DNA of 64,000 nt from Takakia lepidozioides (taxonomy: Eukaryota > Plantae > Bryophyta). The notes below the pieces were generated by a model. It ran no database searches. It saw nothing but the letters and a program-made list of their open reading frames with translations, and was not told where the DNA came from. The DNA lies in assembly GCA_030704615.1 (NCBI GenBank), contig CM060732.1, positions 35,712,001-35,776,000 of the forward strand, read 5' to 3'. The translations under genes were made by a program, and so were the position numbers. Every line of letters begins with the position of its first letter. Position 1 is the stretch's first letter. This document shows, in pieces, positions 39,421-50,468 of this stretch.

Positions 39421-40641
39421 TCACTGCTTCCTCATAGACTTTGAAAGCCTCCAACCACACCTGTGCTGAGCATATCCTGCAATCATTGCATTCCATGAGA
39501 CTACATCTCGTTCAGCCATACATTCAAACACTGGTGTGCATTCCGCATTTGGCATACATGTCAACAAGTGCAGTCTCCAGAATGATATCTGGTGCAATTC
39601 TAGCTTTGATGATATCATCATGGACCTTTCTACCATTTCCCAAGGCTTCCAAGCTGGCACATGCCTTGAGAACGTGACCTTGTCGGGCATCACCCCTTCC
39701 TGTATCATTTGCTCATAGATCTTGAAAGCCTCCCTACTGTAACCATGCTGAGCATATCCTGGTATCATCGCAATCCATGCAACAACATCTCGCTGAGCCA
39801 TATTGTTGAACACTTTATGAGCATCATTCATGTTCCCACATCTGGCATACATTGCAGCAAGCGCAAAATGATATCTGCTGCAGTTCCAGCTTTGATGATG
39901 TCAGCATGGACCTCTTTGCCCATGTCTAGGGCACCGAGGCTAGCGGATGCATTGAGAAGGAAGGTGACCATGTTGGGAGACATCCCTTTCCACATCATTT
40001 GCTCATAGATCTCAAAAGCCTCCCTTCCACACCCACGCTGAGCATATCCTGAAATCATTGTATTCCATGAGACCACATTCCGTTGGGCCACTTGACGTGC
40101 ATCCTTAATGCTCCCACATTTGGCGTACATTTCAACAAAGGCAGTATCCAGAATGATATCTGATGCAATTGTCATCATGAACGCTTTTGCCCTTTTCCAA
40201 GGTGGCCAGGTACACGCATTGAGAAGGCAAATGAACGTGATCTGGTTGGGTGCCACCCCTTCCCCCATCAATTCGCATACATGTTGACAAGGGTGTTGAG
40301 TAGAGAGATGTTCGGCTTGAATCCACTTTGGTTAATGTGGGCGTGCACCTGCTTTCCCATAGCAAGATATTCAGTTTGATGCAAGCCCGCATGAGACAGA
40401 TGTACTGTAGTCAGCAGAAATCCCTTGCTTGTTCAAAATATGCAATTTTCAGTTTTCCTGCTTTAGATAGTGTCCTCACATTCCCCAAAGAGCCAGAAGA
40501 GTTCTTGTCGGGACCATGACCAGATTGGGCTGGAGCTTGTATCATTGCAGCTAGGTCTGACCCAAGAGGGGTTCAACCGACTCAAAATCCGAGGACCTCG
40601 ATTGTGCACTTATCTCTGAAATCAGGTAATCTTGGACTTTT
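39421..40641 (-). pseudogene. Second, divergent PDF-motif + PLS-PPR pseudogene
   Basis: After a ttcacag acceptor it reads KSPRLPDFRDKCTIEVL(W)ILSRLNPSWV with a 1-nt frameshift, then a linker (GNVRTLSKAGKLK) and P-L-S repeats (MYAKCGSIKDAR, VVSWNTMISGYAQRG). Multiple frameshifts. Confidence 0.8.
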
Positions 40642-43380
40642 CTGTGAAACCACTTGTGGGCAATTGCTCTTACCCACAGCCTTACTTGAGCTCAGGTTAC
40701 TGAAAGGAAGTTTCTAAGACTCTCGTTAGGTTGGGATTCACAAAGCATCTGTTCAGCAGCTAGATTATTTCTTTTTGTAGAATTGTCAAGTCACCCCTTG
40801 AAGTTTTAATGGCAGACTACCTGTGTTGTAGGCATTTGTGAACTTTGTCCGAGGCTTCATCTATCTACATGAAATGCTACAGTTTTCAAGTTTTGAACCG
40901 GCATAGAAAAATTGCACAGGAACCCCAATTCAGAAAAATTATTCCACAACACCAACAGTGGAGAAAAGTAGCCTACCAGATTCGTCCCTCGGCTCCGTGG
41001 TCGATCGTAAGCTGCAGACTCACCGCAGCTGACATCTCTACGACACTTCTGTGTGCCTCTCTGGAATGATTTCCACATCCTCTCTCCTATCACTGCAACT
41101 CAGAATTTTAGCCACAACTACGGCGTCCCTTTGCACCCTTCCCATTAACGCATTTCTCTCGTGTATTTCACAAGCGAGAATGAGTTCTCACTTGCATTAG
41201 AGCCTGCTTCCATGGGCACTCCCAATCTCTCTCCCCCACCCCGGTCCATTTGTGCCTGAAGTTGATGGACGTAGGCTACCTGCCTTTTTCTCAGTTCTTT
41301 TTCTCGCATCGTTATCGAGTTTTCCTTGGGCAATTTTTCTTGCTCGAATTTTGGGGTTTTTTTTTTCTTTTTTGGTTGAAGCGCAATGGCAGGGTGCGCT
41401 CCAAGGCGAAACAGAGGATGTCACAAGAGGATTCATCTCAAAGATCCTTACCACCTTACTGTGTTGTAGTTGGCCCATCGAATGATACAGAAAGGCTAAA
41501 AACCAAAAAAAACCATCTCAGAAGAGGAATGGACAACCAAGATTTCGAGCTCCTGATTGGACCTATGAAGAGACCATTGTTCTTTGCGAGAAGAAGAGAG
41601 ACGAGTTTCTTCTCAGACGAGCAAACACATTCCATACCTATACATGACGCCTTCAAATCAAGGGTACAATCCAAAAAGCCAATTGGGTCATTTGGGTCTT
41701 TTATCTAGCTTTACAGATTCCATCCATGGTCATGCCTCATCCTCCTTCCATGACTAAGTTATGGTACATAATACTGAGGAAGGAGCTGGGAACGACTAGT
41801 ATGGGCAGAGTCCAGATCCAGACTGAGAAGGAGACCAGAGGGCCGCGAGACAAAAGCATTGCAGGAGCATGGCAGCCTTTCACACGCACCAGACTCATCT
41901 CCAGAGTACAAACTACCTACCTACTCCAAGCAGTTCAACAGCACGAGATGATATTTGAAGGGCAGATTGCCCTTCAAATGTTCTCTGATGATATCGATGA
42001 TTCTAAGATGTGCAAGAGACACTGGAATGTAAACTGGTGGGTGATGGGTACTTGTGGATTACTTAGATGCAGTCTGTGTAGCGACTAGCGACCCTTCGCG
42101 CTGTGAAGTGCCATCCAAGCGGCAAGCCGTCAACTTTAACTCTGGAAGGGTAATAGTACATGATGCCCTTCAAAATGAAAGCTGGGTCTGCCTTCAAATC
42201 TCATCCCTCTCACGAGTGTCTCGTCTTCCCACACTTGGACTGACGTGTTCCGGATAACGGGACAAGCTGACATGCAGAAAGCTTCCGTAGCGAAAGGCCG
42301 ACGTGTTTGTCTTGTGTAGGAGTGTGGATTTGCAAGGGATTTGCAAAGAGGATTGTGTTGGTGGGGTGGACCTGCACAGTCCAAGGCGAACTCAGCCTTG
42401 TAAGATAGCTGTAAGTTAGCCTGTGAGTCCATCAGGCAAACATGGCAGACTGGGCAATGAATTGACCGTGGAATACTCGACTTGTTATGAGTGTTTGCAA
42501 ATTGAGTTTTGATTTGACGAACATAATTATAGCTAGAGAAGTTAGTGACACTGCTCCATGTTTGTACCTCTAATACACGCGCACATCAGTGTCGATCATA
42601 ATAACACCAGGACAGGGTTCTCGACTTGAAGCCCTCCGAAACCCATCGCAGGTAGAAAATCATGAATGTGGATGCAACAGGACTTGGTGAACCAGAGCCT
42701 TTGAACGTCTTGCTGTCAGTTTCAGACAGGGCGGGAAACTTCTTAGGTGATGACTCTTCTTCCATTCTGTGTGAAACTGTTCTCCCTGCCAAATCTCTGC
42801 AGGGCGCTCACATAATGTCCTGAAGCATGAGAATAATGCACACCTGGGTGACGGTCTGCCTGCAATGGAATGTTTCCAACCATTTTACAAATTATATCTT
42901 TACCATCTTGCCGTCTAGCTTCAATCGGACATTCTTTGAAGTCATTCCTGACGTCCCTGTTGGACAATATGCTCGCTGCTGTGGATTCATCATTGGACTA
43001 TACGCTGAAAAATCTGCCATACATGCGATATGCATGATTCATCCGTATCGCACTTCCCTGTCATGCACCAATAACCTCAAAGGCCCACAAGCCAAACTGT
43101 CGAAATCTCACTCGAGAGCAACTGTCGTGCAACAGGCAAGGACGGGACGTACCTAAGGCACACAATAGCACAATGACCCCTGCTGCTCGGTCGGTCCTAC
43201 TCCGACAAGCTAGAGCGGACTAGAGGTAGAATTTCGCATATAATGCAGTAAGAGAGAGAGCCTGGAGACAAGATACAGTGTTTCATAGACGGATAGATCA
43301 GTTGAGGAGCTGGGTGTCCGAGGGAGAGATCGGTACACGAGTTCCTAACTTGAAGAGTTGCGACCGAAGGCGAGAAGAAG

Positions 43381-44225
43381 ATGGGTGCACGTGTTATGGC
43401 CGTATGCGCTCTGTTCATGGTCGGATGGCTGGTGCTTGAGGTAGCCGAGGCTGCTCGCGGAGGTCAGTACCGTTTAATCTTAGTTTGGGGCGCCGAGCTT
43501 TGACATTGTGTGTGTGAGAAGAATCAGGATATGTCTCTTATTTGGCCATGTAACATTTGATATACTCTGGCGTTACTCGTTGGTGTAGAAGTGGAGCAAC
43601 GACGTTCATAGTGCAATCTTCTTATGCATGAGTTCATAGTTAAAGGTTGTGGCGTGTATTTTCACAGGAGTTGGAATCATGGACCATAAAGTAATGGACC
43701 TGCAGTCACTGATGACAACGACTCAACCGAGAAAGCAATCTGGCACACAAGCTGTGAGTATACCTTCGGCAACTGATTACTACACGAGGCTCCAATCTAA
43801 CTCAGTGCAGTAGTGTGCATCTTTTTGCTGCAGAGAGGTGAACTCGAGAACACTAGTGTCGAAGTACTTAACGAAGAGCTGAAGAAATGAAACGTAGACA
43901 TTTTAATCCGGCATAATGCGCATGCCGGGTATATCACCCACTTAACGATCTGCAGTCAATTGTACTAGAAAACCACGAGAGAGGACGTAGCCCGAGGAAC
44001 TAGGAGATGGACTGACCACGAATTTGAACACTGCAGGTCATGTATCTCCACAGAAACATGCACAGCAGCGCAAGCACCGCCAAAACACGGGTATCTGCGG
44101 AAGAAAGCAGTGAGGCAGACAGTAGAAGTGATGCCGACAGAATGGAAAGGTTGCTTCGGTTCAACGACTACCATCATATGGAGCATCACCCACCTCTTGA
44201 ACCCCCCAAGCTCGCGGACCCTTGA
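43381..44225 (+). CDS. Secreted peptide precursor, RGF/GLV/CLEL-like (exons 43381-43462, 43668-43753, possible 43834-43863, 44037-44225)
   Basis: Signal-peptide-like MGARVMAVCALFMVGWLVLEVAEA, phase-compatible GT-AG junctions, and C-terminal RLLRFN-DYHHMEHHPPLEP-PKLADP*. Confidence 0.6.
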
Positions 44226-44395
44226 TTCTCCCCCACCTCCCCCCCTCTCCATCTCTCTCGTCTCCTCCATCTCTTTCGTCTCCATCTCTCTGGTCTCCTC
44301 CATCTACCTCGCCTCCATCTCTCTCGTCTCTCGCACAAAATCTGCCCATGCACATTTGAATATGTCTCAAAGACATTATTAATTTTACGTTTAAT

Positions 44396-44668
44396 GTGAC
44401 TTTTACGAGACTCTCAAATGATATGGAAGAATCGATAAGTTTGAAAAACAAATTATTCTCCTGGAAAGCTGTCGGGGCAGATATTTGGAAAAAGCATAGA
44501 TCTACTAAGATCTTTGCCTTTCTATGGAGGATAGATAAGCGTATCATTCCTGTTGGTGCTCTAATTTCTGACCCTCCTGCCACTTGTGCTACCTGCAATT
44601 TGAATGCTCTAGAAGATATTGAGCATTGTCTGGTACTACTCTGCCCTTTTGCAGCTGCGGTTTGGTAA
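44396..44668 (+). mobile_element. L1-type LINE relic (zf-RVT region)
   Basis: IW..KIFAFLWRI..CATC..EDIEHCL..CPFAAAVW. Confidence 0.6.
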
Positions 44669-45377
44669 TGTGCTATCTCACTCTACTCTAGGAATCTTAC
44701 TTTCTCTGCTCTGCACTGCTGCTGAACATTCAACAAGGGGTCAATTTCTGCTCTTGCCCAGTATGGGAATCTCTAAGGGGTATCATATTATGGCAGATCT
44801 GGAAAATGAGGTGCTTGGTAGTTTTCCAAAATACCCTTGTCTTCATAAGGTGTTGTACTTTGACTCACTCAGACCTTGTGTCTGAAGCTCGCAAATCCTG
44901 GTGTGTTCGTATGACAGCTCTTCCCAAGTGTGGCAATAGAAGGAGAGCCCAGTTGCTTGCTTCCTTCGAGAACTCTTGGGGAAAAAACAGTGTCTTCTGC
45001 AGGAGGATTTCCGACTCTCGAATTGTGTGGGAAGACTCCGTCTCACCCTGCTAGCAGCTCAGTTAGTGCCAACCGCTCCCCCATGTAGGCAGATGAGGCC
45101 GAGGTGAATTGGCGGCACAAGCGTACTCTTAGAAAAGGAAAATCTAAAGCACAGTTATCTTTTGAGGCTCCTAAAAGGAAGAGAGGCAGAATGTAGTGCA
45201 GCTTCTGTTAGTGCAGTCTGCTGCTATGGTGATTCCTTCTTTGATCCCTGTTCATTTTCCCCTTCTCTCACTCCCCTTCTTCACAACTATTCCTCGATCC
45301 TCAGCCTTCATGGCATTGTAAGCTTATTTTTCCCTTATCTATCAATAAAATTCAGTAATAAAAAAACAAATAAAAAA

Positions 45378-45537
45378 ATTTGTTTGTTGTTTTGGAAATA
45401 GCCATTCTGGATGGATGAATGTTTGAACGACTTTTCTTCATCCATCAGGTACAGAAAAAAAAAAAAATTGTTTGTTGTTTTGGAAATGGCCATTCTGGAT
45501 GGATGAATGTGTGAACGACTTTTCTTCATCCATCAGT
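45378..45537. repeat. Direct duplication of about 70 bp with GGATG/CATCC motifs, upstream of RPL34
   Basis: ttgtttgttgttttggaaat..ggatggatgaatg..cttcatccatcag occurs twice. Confidence 0.8.
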
Positions 45538-45679
45538 TTGACTCTGGGTACGGAATTTGGCGTCGACTGAACGTTTAAGATATTCACTAATCGTTCGTTT
45601 AGGCAGGACGCTGCGTGGACGCACTGTGACCGTCAGATCTAGGGCAGACGAAGGAGCTACAGTTTCAAGGCAGGTGCGT

Positions 45680-45710
<31 letters not shown>

Positions 45711-45742
45711 GAGCAGGCAAGGGAGGGCAGGCGCTTAGCACC

Positions 45743-46889
45743 ATGGTTCAGCGGCTCACATACCGCCGCAGGCACAGCTATGCCACCAAGTCTAACCAGA
45801 CTCGCGTTGTAAAGACGCCAGGTATTTTCTTTTGTCCCAATTCTTCTGGAGAATTTTTTGTGGCCCCCGTAGGAAAGTTAGTGAACAAGGCTTGTGTGGA
45901 GAGGAAGATGTGTGAGATTTGTGTGGAAATTCTGAATCTACAGCTTAGCCATGATGACATAATTGATTGGGAAGGTAGGAGGGGGCTCGGATGGAGTGGA
46001 GGATAAGACGCAGCCGGATGTTTAGCATAATGGTTCGAGGAGTATGGGGTTTCTGCAGGTGGAAGGCTTGTATTTCAAACCGCCAAGAAGCGGGCGAAAG
46101 GTCCCAAATGCTCCATCACTGGGAAACGCATCGCTGGGGTGGGTTTAGAATTTTGCATGGTGTTCGGACGTTCTGCTCTGGTCTTTGGATTAATGGATTG
46201 TGGAAAATTCCAAGGATTAATTTAGGTTATTGCAATGATTCCTTGAAGGTTTCAGTGTTGAATTGCTTGCTTCCGGGACCCAGAACCCGCGGGTAATGGG
46301 TGCCTCTGCTAATCGATCCTCTGGGGAAGAGAGCATGCTTCCTTCTTTGGAAGATTCTCAGTTCTCAAGGAATTGCGTGCAAAGCACTCGAATGATCTTC
46401 TGCATCTTCAGGGTTTTCTGTTTTGTTCGCTGTCTTATGGGCCCACATGTGATGCAATGTTCATAGATTCCCCACTTGCGGCCCACTGAGTACAAGACAT
46501 CGCGACTACACAGGCACCGGAAGACAGTGAACAGAGCCTATGGAGGCAATATGTCTGGCTCTGCCGTGCGTGAGCGGTAAGTGTTGATATTCGTGCTGGT
46601 TCTGACGGTGCGTTAGATGGATCCAACGAAGCTCTTCAAAATCTTTTAGTCCATGTGGAAGCCGACTGTAATGAAGGATCAATGTTGATGCCTGAATTGT
46701 TTCCCTGTGTCCTCTTCATGACTAATTTCGTTAATTGCTCAAACCTAAATAGCAGCTGTTCTATTTCCTCTTGGGTGCTTGTATTGCAGCATCATCCGTG
46801 CTTTTCTAGTCGAAGAGCAGAAAATAGTGAAGAAAGTGCTGAAGATTCAGAAGTCGAAGGAGAAGCAGGCTGCCAAAGCCCAGGACTGA
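45743..46889 (+). CDS. RPL34: 60S ribosomal protein L34 (eL34), 122 aa (exons 45743-45821, 46059-46138, 46467-46576, 46790-46889)
   Basis: [69 protein letters not shown]. In-frame GT-AG splicing. Confidence 0.96.
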
Positions 46890-48247
46890 GTAGGCTGACT
46901 CGGTTGATCTCGGACAGCACATGCAGGTTGTGGTCACTTCATTGATTCAAGGCTAGAATCTATGCAGACTTTCACTTCTGCTTCCATTTTTGTTATGTGG
47001 TGCAGTCCAGGATGTTCGGCAAGCAGGTTGTTAGTGAAGTCATTGAATTGTTCTATTGATTGGGTGTTATAACACTTCAAGTGGATGAAAAGGTTTTTAA
47101 AAATTCCACTTGATGTGGTTTAGAAGAGACAATACATTTAGATCATTACAGTTCGGCATCTTCTGCAGTTACAGGGAGGTCTATCATGCACTCATTTTGT
47201 GTGTTTGGCGTGGTGGGCGAAAGTTCATAGTAGTTTCATCCCTTGGACTTTGAAGGCATTCTTTAGCAATTCTGAGTCGAGCTCTTTTGTTGGGGAGACA
47301 CCCCATGTCATTGTCGCTTCAGATGCGGATGTGTTGATTTCAGTGACATCTGCTCTCAAATCTGTCTGAGAGTCTGCTGTTAGGCCAGGTGCATTGACCA
47401 TAAGAATTGGGTTACTTGTCATAGATGCCAAGTATTCTGCTGCAAGAAAAAGATAAGTGGAATATGTTAGTGTACACCGTGGTGGTATTGCAACCATTGT
47501 AACAATGTTCTTGCATGCTTTCAGTGTAGATATGAAAGCAGCTTTGTTTCTATCATTGCAGTTCAGTGGGTGCACAGATCTCTTCTATTTTTAGCTTTTC
47601 CCTTAGCATAATGTACGTCACAACTTTCCTCTCCTGCAACTCTGGGGGCTGTATGACTATACCCAATGCCTAAGGGTATAGTCACAATTAGACGAATATT
47701 TCTACTTCAGAATTACTGAAGGGGGACCTAAAGAATTTCTCAGCTGGGCGCCAAAACAAGTCTTGGGAACTGTGGCCACACGAGTCTAAACGAAACAGGA
47801 GATTCTGGTAACTGCATCAGAATGACCATTTTCTGGATTCTGCTTGATGAAACAGCGGAGAGTAAGCCAGAAGTGCTGATAAGCTCAAATTATCTGCACT
47901 GTCAGATATCTTAGCCTGTAGGCATTGACTTCAGATTGGCAACTCTATTTAGTTATATGCTCACCCCTTACCTCATCAACTACATATCAGCAATTCGATC
48001 ACGAAAGTCAAAACACACAAGGTTGGGAGGTGGAAGCACTGGCCCTTTCACTTCAAGTATGACCAAAAAAGTATGAAGCCTCCCCAAGGAAGTGGAATTT
48101 ATGGCTGCTCTTTGACCCTGAAGGGGTACTGTCTTCTGGCAGGAAGGTTGACACCTTTGTGACACCAATTGACAGGTGGTATGTGCCCATTACCACTAGG
48201 CTACAACTTGGTTGTCTCATGGGGCAGACATTAATCTTTTATGGAAT

Positions 48248-48348
48248 CCCAAAGAGGCGAGCTTGGGACATTCTCTAGCTCAGCCTTCAAGATGCGAACC
48301 CCAAAGAGGCGAGCTTGGAACATTCTCTAGCTCAGCCTTCAAGATGCC
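48248..48348. repeat. Tandem duplication of about 52 bp
   Basis: cccaaagaggcgagcttgg.acattctctagctcagccttcaagatgc occurs twice. Confidence 0.85.
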
Positions 48349-49540
48349 AAAAGTCTGGGATGAGAGTCTCAGGCCTGGGCTTGTGGTACAATGGCAAGGG
48401 TGCAAAGAGGACGCCATATTTATCACGCTCTGTCTCACTCTGCACCATCGTCAAAGATGAAGGGAATTCAGAGTTGCAAGCTTGACTGCCTTTTTGCATC
48501 ACGTGGGGGAGATGGGCCACTGAGCATGTTTCTCTTTTGGACCTACATGTCTAATGCTATGAGAAATTGTGATGAGAGCATCCACTGGCTGCACTGAATT
48601 TGACAGGTTTGATTTGACCATGGTTTTATTTGTCGAAGAGTGCTGCTCACATGTCATTTCCTCAATGATGGTGCAGTAAGAGGAGCTATTATGGATCTTG
48701 AGTAGTATATGAGAAGATGCAATTCAACTGCTCATCAGTAGGCAACATCATCTGTTGTTGTTTAGTTTGTAGGTGATTTCAGGAAGAGCACAAGCTAAAT
48801 AAGCGTAGGTTTCTGCAATTAGTTTGCAAAAAATTTGGACAATGATTTCGAATCTTGATTCAAGAAAGTAGACATTGTATACTTCAAATATTTCCCTACT
48901 GAACGAATAAATCCCGCTCATGCTCATTGCCATTCATGATGTACTCTTTCAACATACATACAGCACCCTAGCACCCTGAAGTTATGATAATCTTTTGGTT
49001 CATTGTGAATCTGTTCGAAGTTGTTTGCTCTTCTAGGTTGTTTTCTGTTCAGATCTTCTTTTTGAAGTTGTTTTTTTAGTTTTTGCAGCAATTCTTGATA
49101 CTTCGCAATTTTGAGTAGGTCTATTTTTGAATCTAGTAGGGAGGAGATGAACTAAATCGTCAACAAACATCATCCATTTTCAACATCCATGAACTTTTTA
49201 TCCCTGGAATCTGCTTTTCGTCTACGAAAAGTTGTTTTTCATCCACTGTGGACATGTGTTGCTTTGAATTGACCAATAAGGTGTTCCCTTCCTACCTAGT
49301 AGGTATAAAAGGTAGGTATAAAATCTGTAGTTGGTATCAGGTTCCTGAGGGTATCCAGTGTCTGCAGACAAATAAGAATCTGACACGACAGCGAGATGGT
49401 CTGAAAAACCGGTTATGATGTCGTCGCCAAGTTTCAGGAGCAGTCCAGAAGCAAAAGGACAAATAACTATCCCAAATGCACAGGCTCTTCACACATTTGC
49501 TGTACAAAGAGTGTAGTTTCAAAAGCAACACTACTACCCA

Positions 49541-50468
49541 CTAATGCAGGGAAGCACCCCCGGACGGGCCTTTGTTTCCATGAAGCTGCTGTGTTCTACT
49601 TGGCACCACTTGCAACACTCCTGGTTTCTCTGCACCAGTTCAAAAGAAATCGTCAAGCCTTGAAGAGACACAAAAGGGGAGGGTTGATATAAGAGCTGAT
49701 CCCTGAACTTGCATCTCCTACATTAGTGGAAGACACAAAAAGAGTAACAAGGGCGTACCAGAAAGGGCCTTGACTTGGTCATTGGTGAGCTTGGCAGAGA
49801 AACCATTTACACCATGCTTGTAACTGTACAGTATGGCTTCCTCTGCCACCTCCTGGCTGCATATCCAAATTGTACATCAATCCTTACAAAATGAGATTTC
49901 ACAGCCAATTTGCATCAGCACGTGAGAGGAGAGGAAAACTCCTACCGAAGCAGGCATAACTGTTGCCCCAACCTCCCCTAAGGACTCGAAAGTCCTCAGG
50001 TACCTCCCTGAGCCGACTCGGAGAAGGAGCAAACTTGCCTTCGGCTGAGTTGCTTGTCCTTTGATTCTCAGGAAGGGCAAATAATTCGAAACTCTGGTAG
50101 AGGCCATGAAGAAATGGGGGGCCTCTGAGTAGAAGAGCATAATGAAGCTTGGGTTGTTTCCTCTCCCCAGGGTGGGGCATGAGGAGGTCTTAGAAAGTAA
50201 CCAATTGACCCAGGATAACATAAAAGCCAAATCACCCTTGGTAATTTTTCCTGCTCCCTCAATTCAGGACATTTCCCATCTATAATTCTCTACCATCAGA
50301 AACCTTGAAAAGGTCCTTGGACAAGGGGAAGGGGGAGAGAAAGAGAGACAGACAGACAGAAGCACACCTGCCAACAACAGACGCCAGTGTATCGAGGTGG
50401 TGACTTTCAAGGGCTTCGGGATTTTCATCCCGCTTCTCCATGTACACAATGTACACCTCAGCCTCTGT
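49541..50468 (-). CDS. Stand-alone peptidase inhibitor I9 protein (subtilisin propeptide-like inhibitor); exons about 50468-50368, 49856-49759, 49629-49541; 5' exon(s) uncertain
   Basis: EAEVYIVYMEK..HHLDTLASVVGS|QEVAEEAILYSYKHGVNGFSAKLT..|EKPGVLQVVPSRTQQLH..*. It stops right after the I9 domain. Confidence 0.8.
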
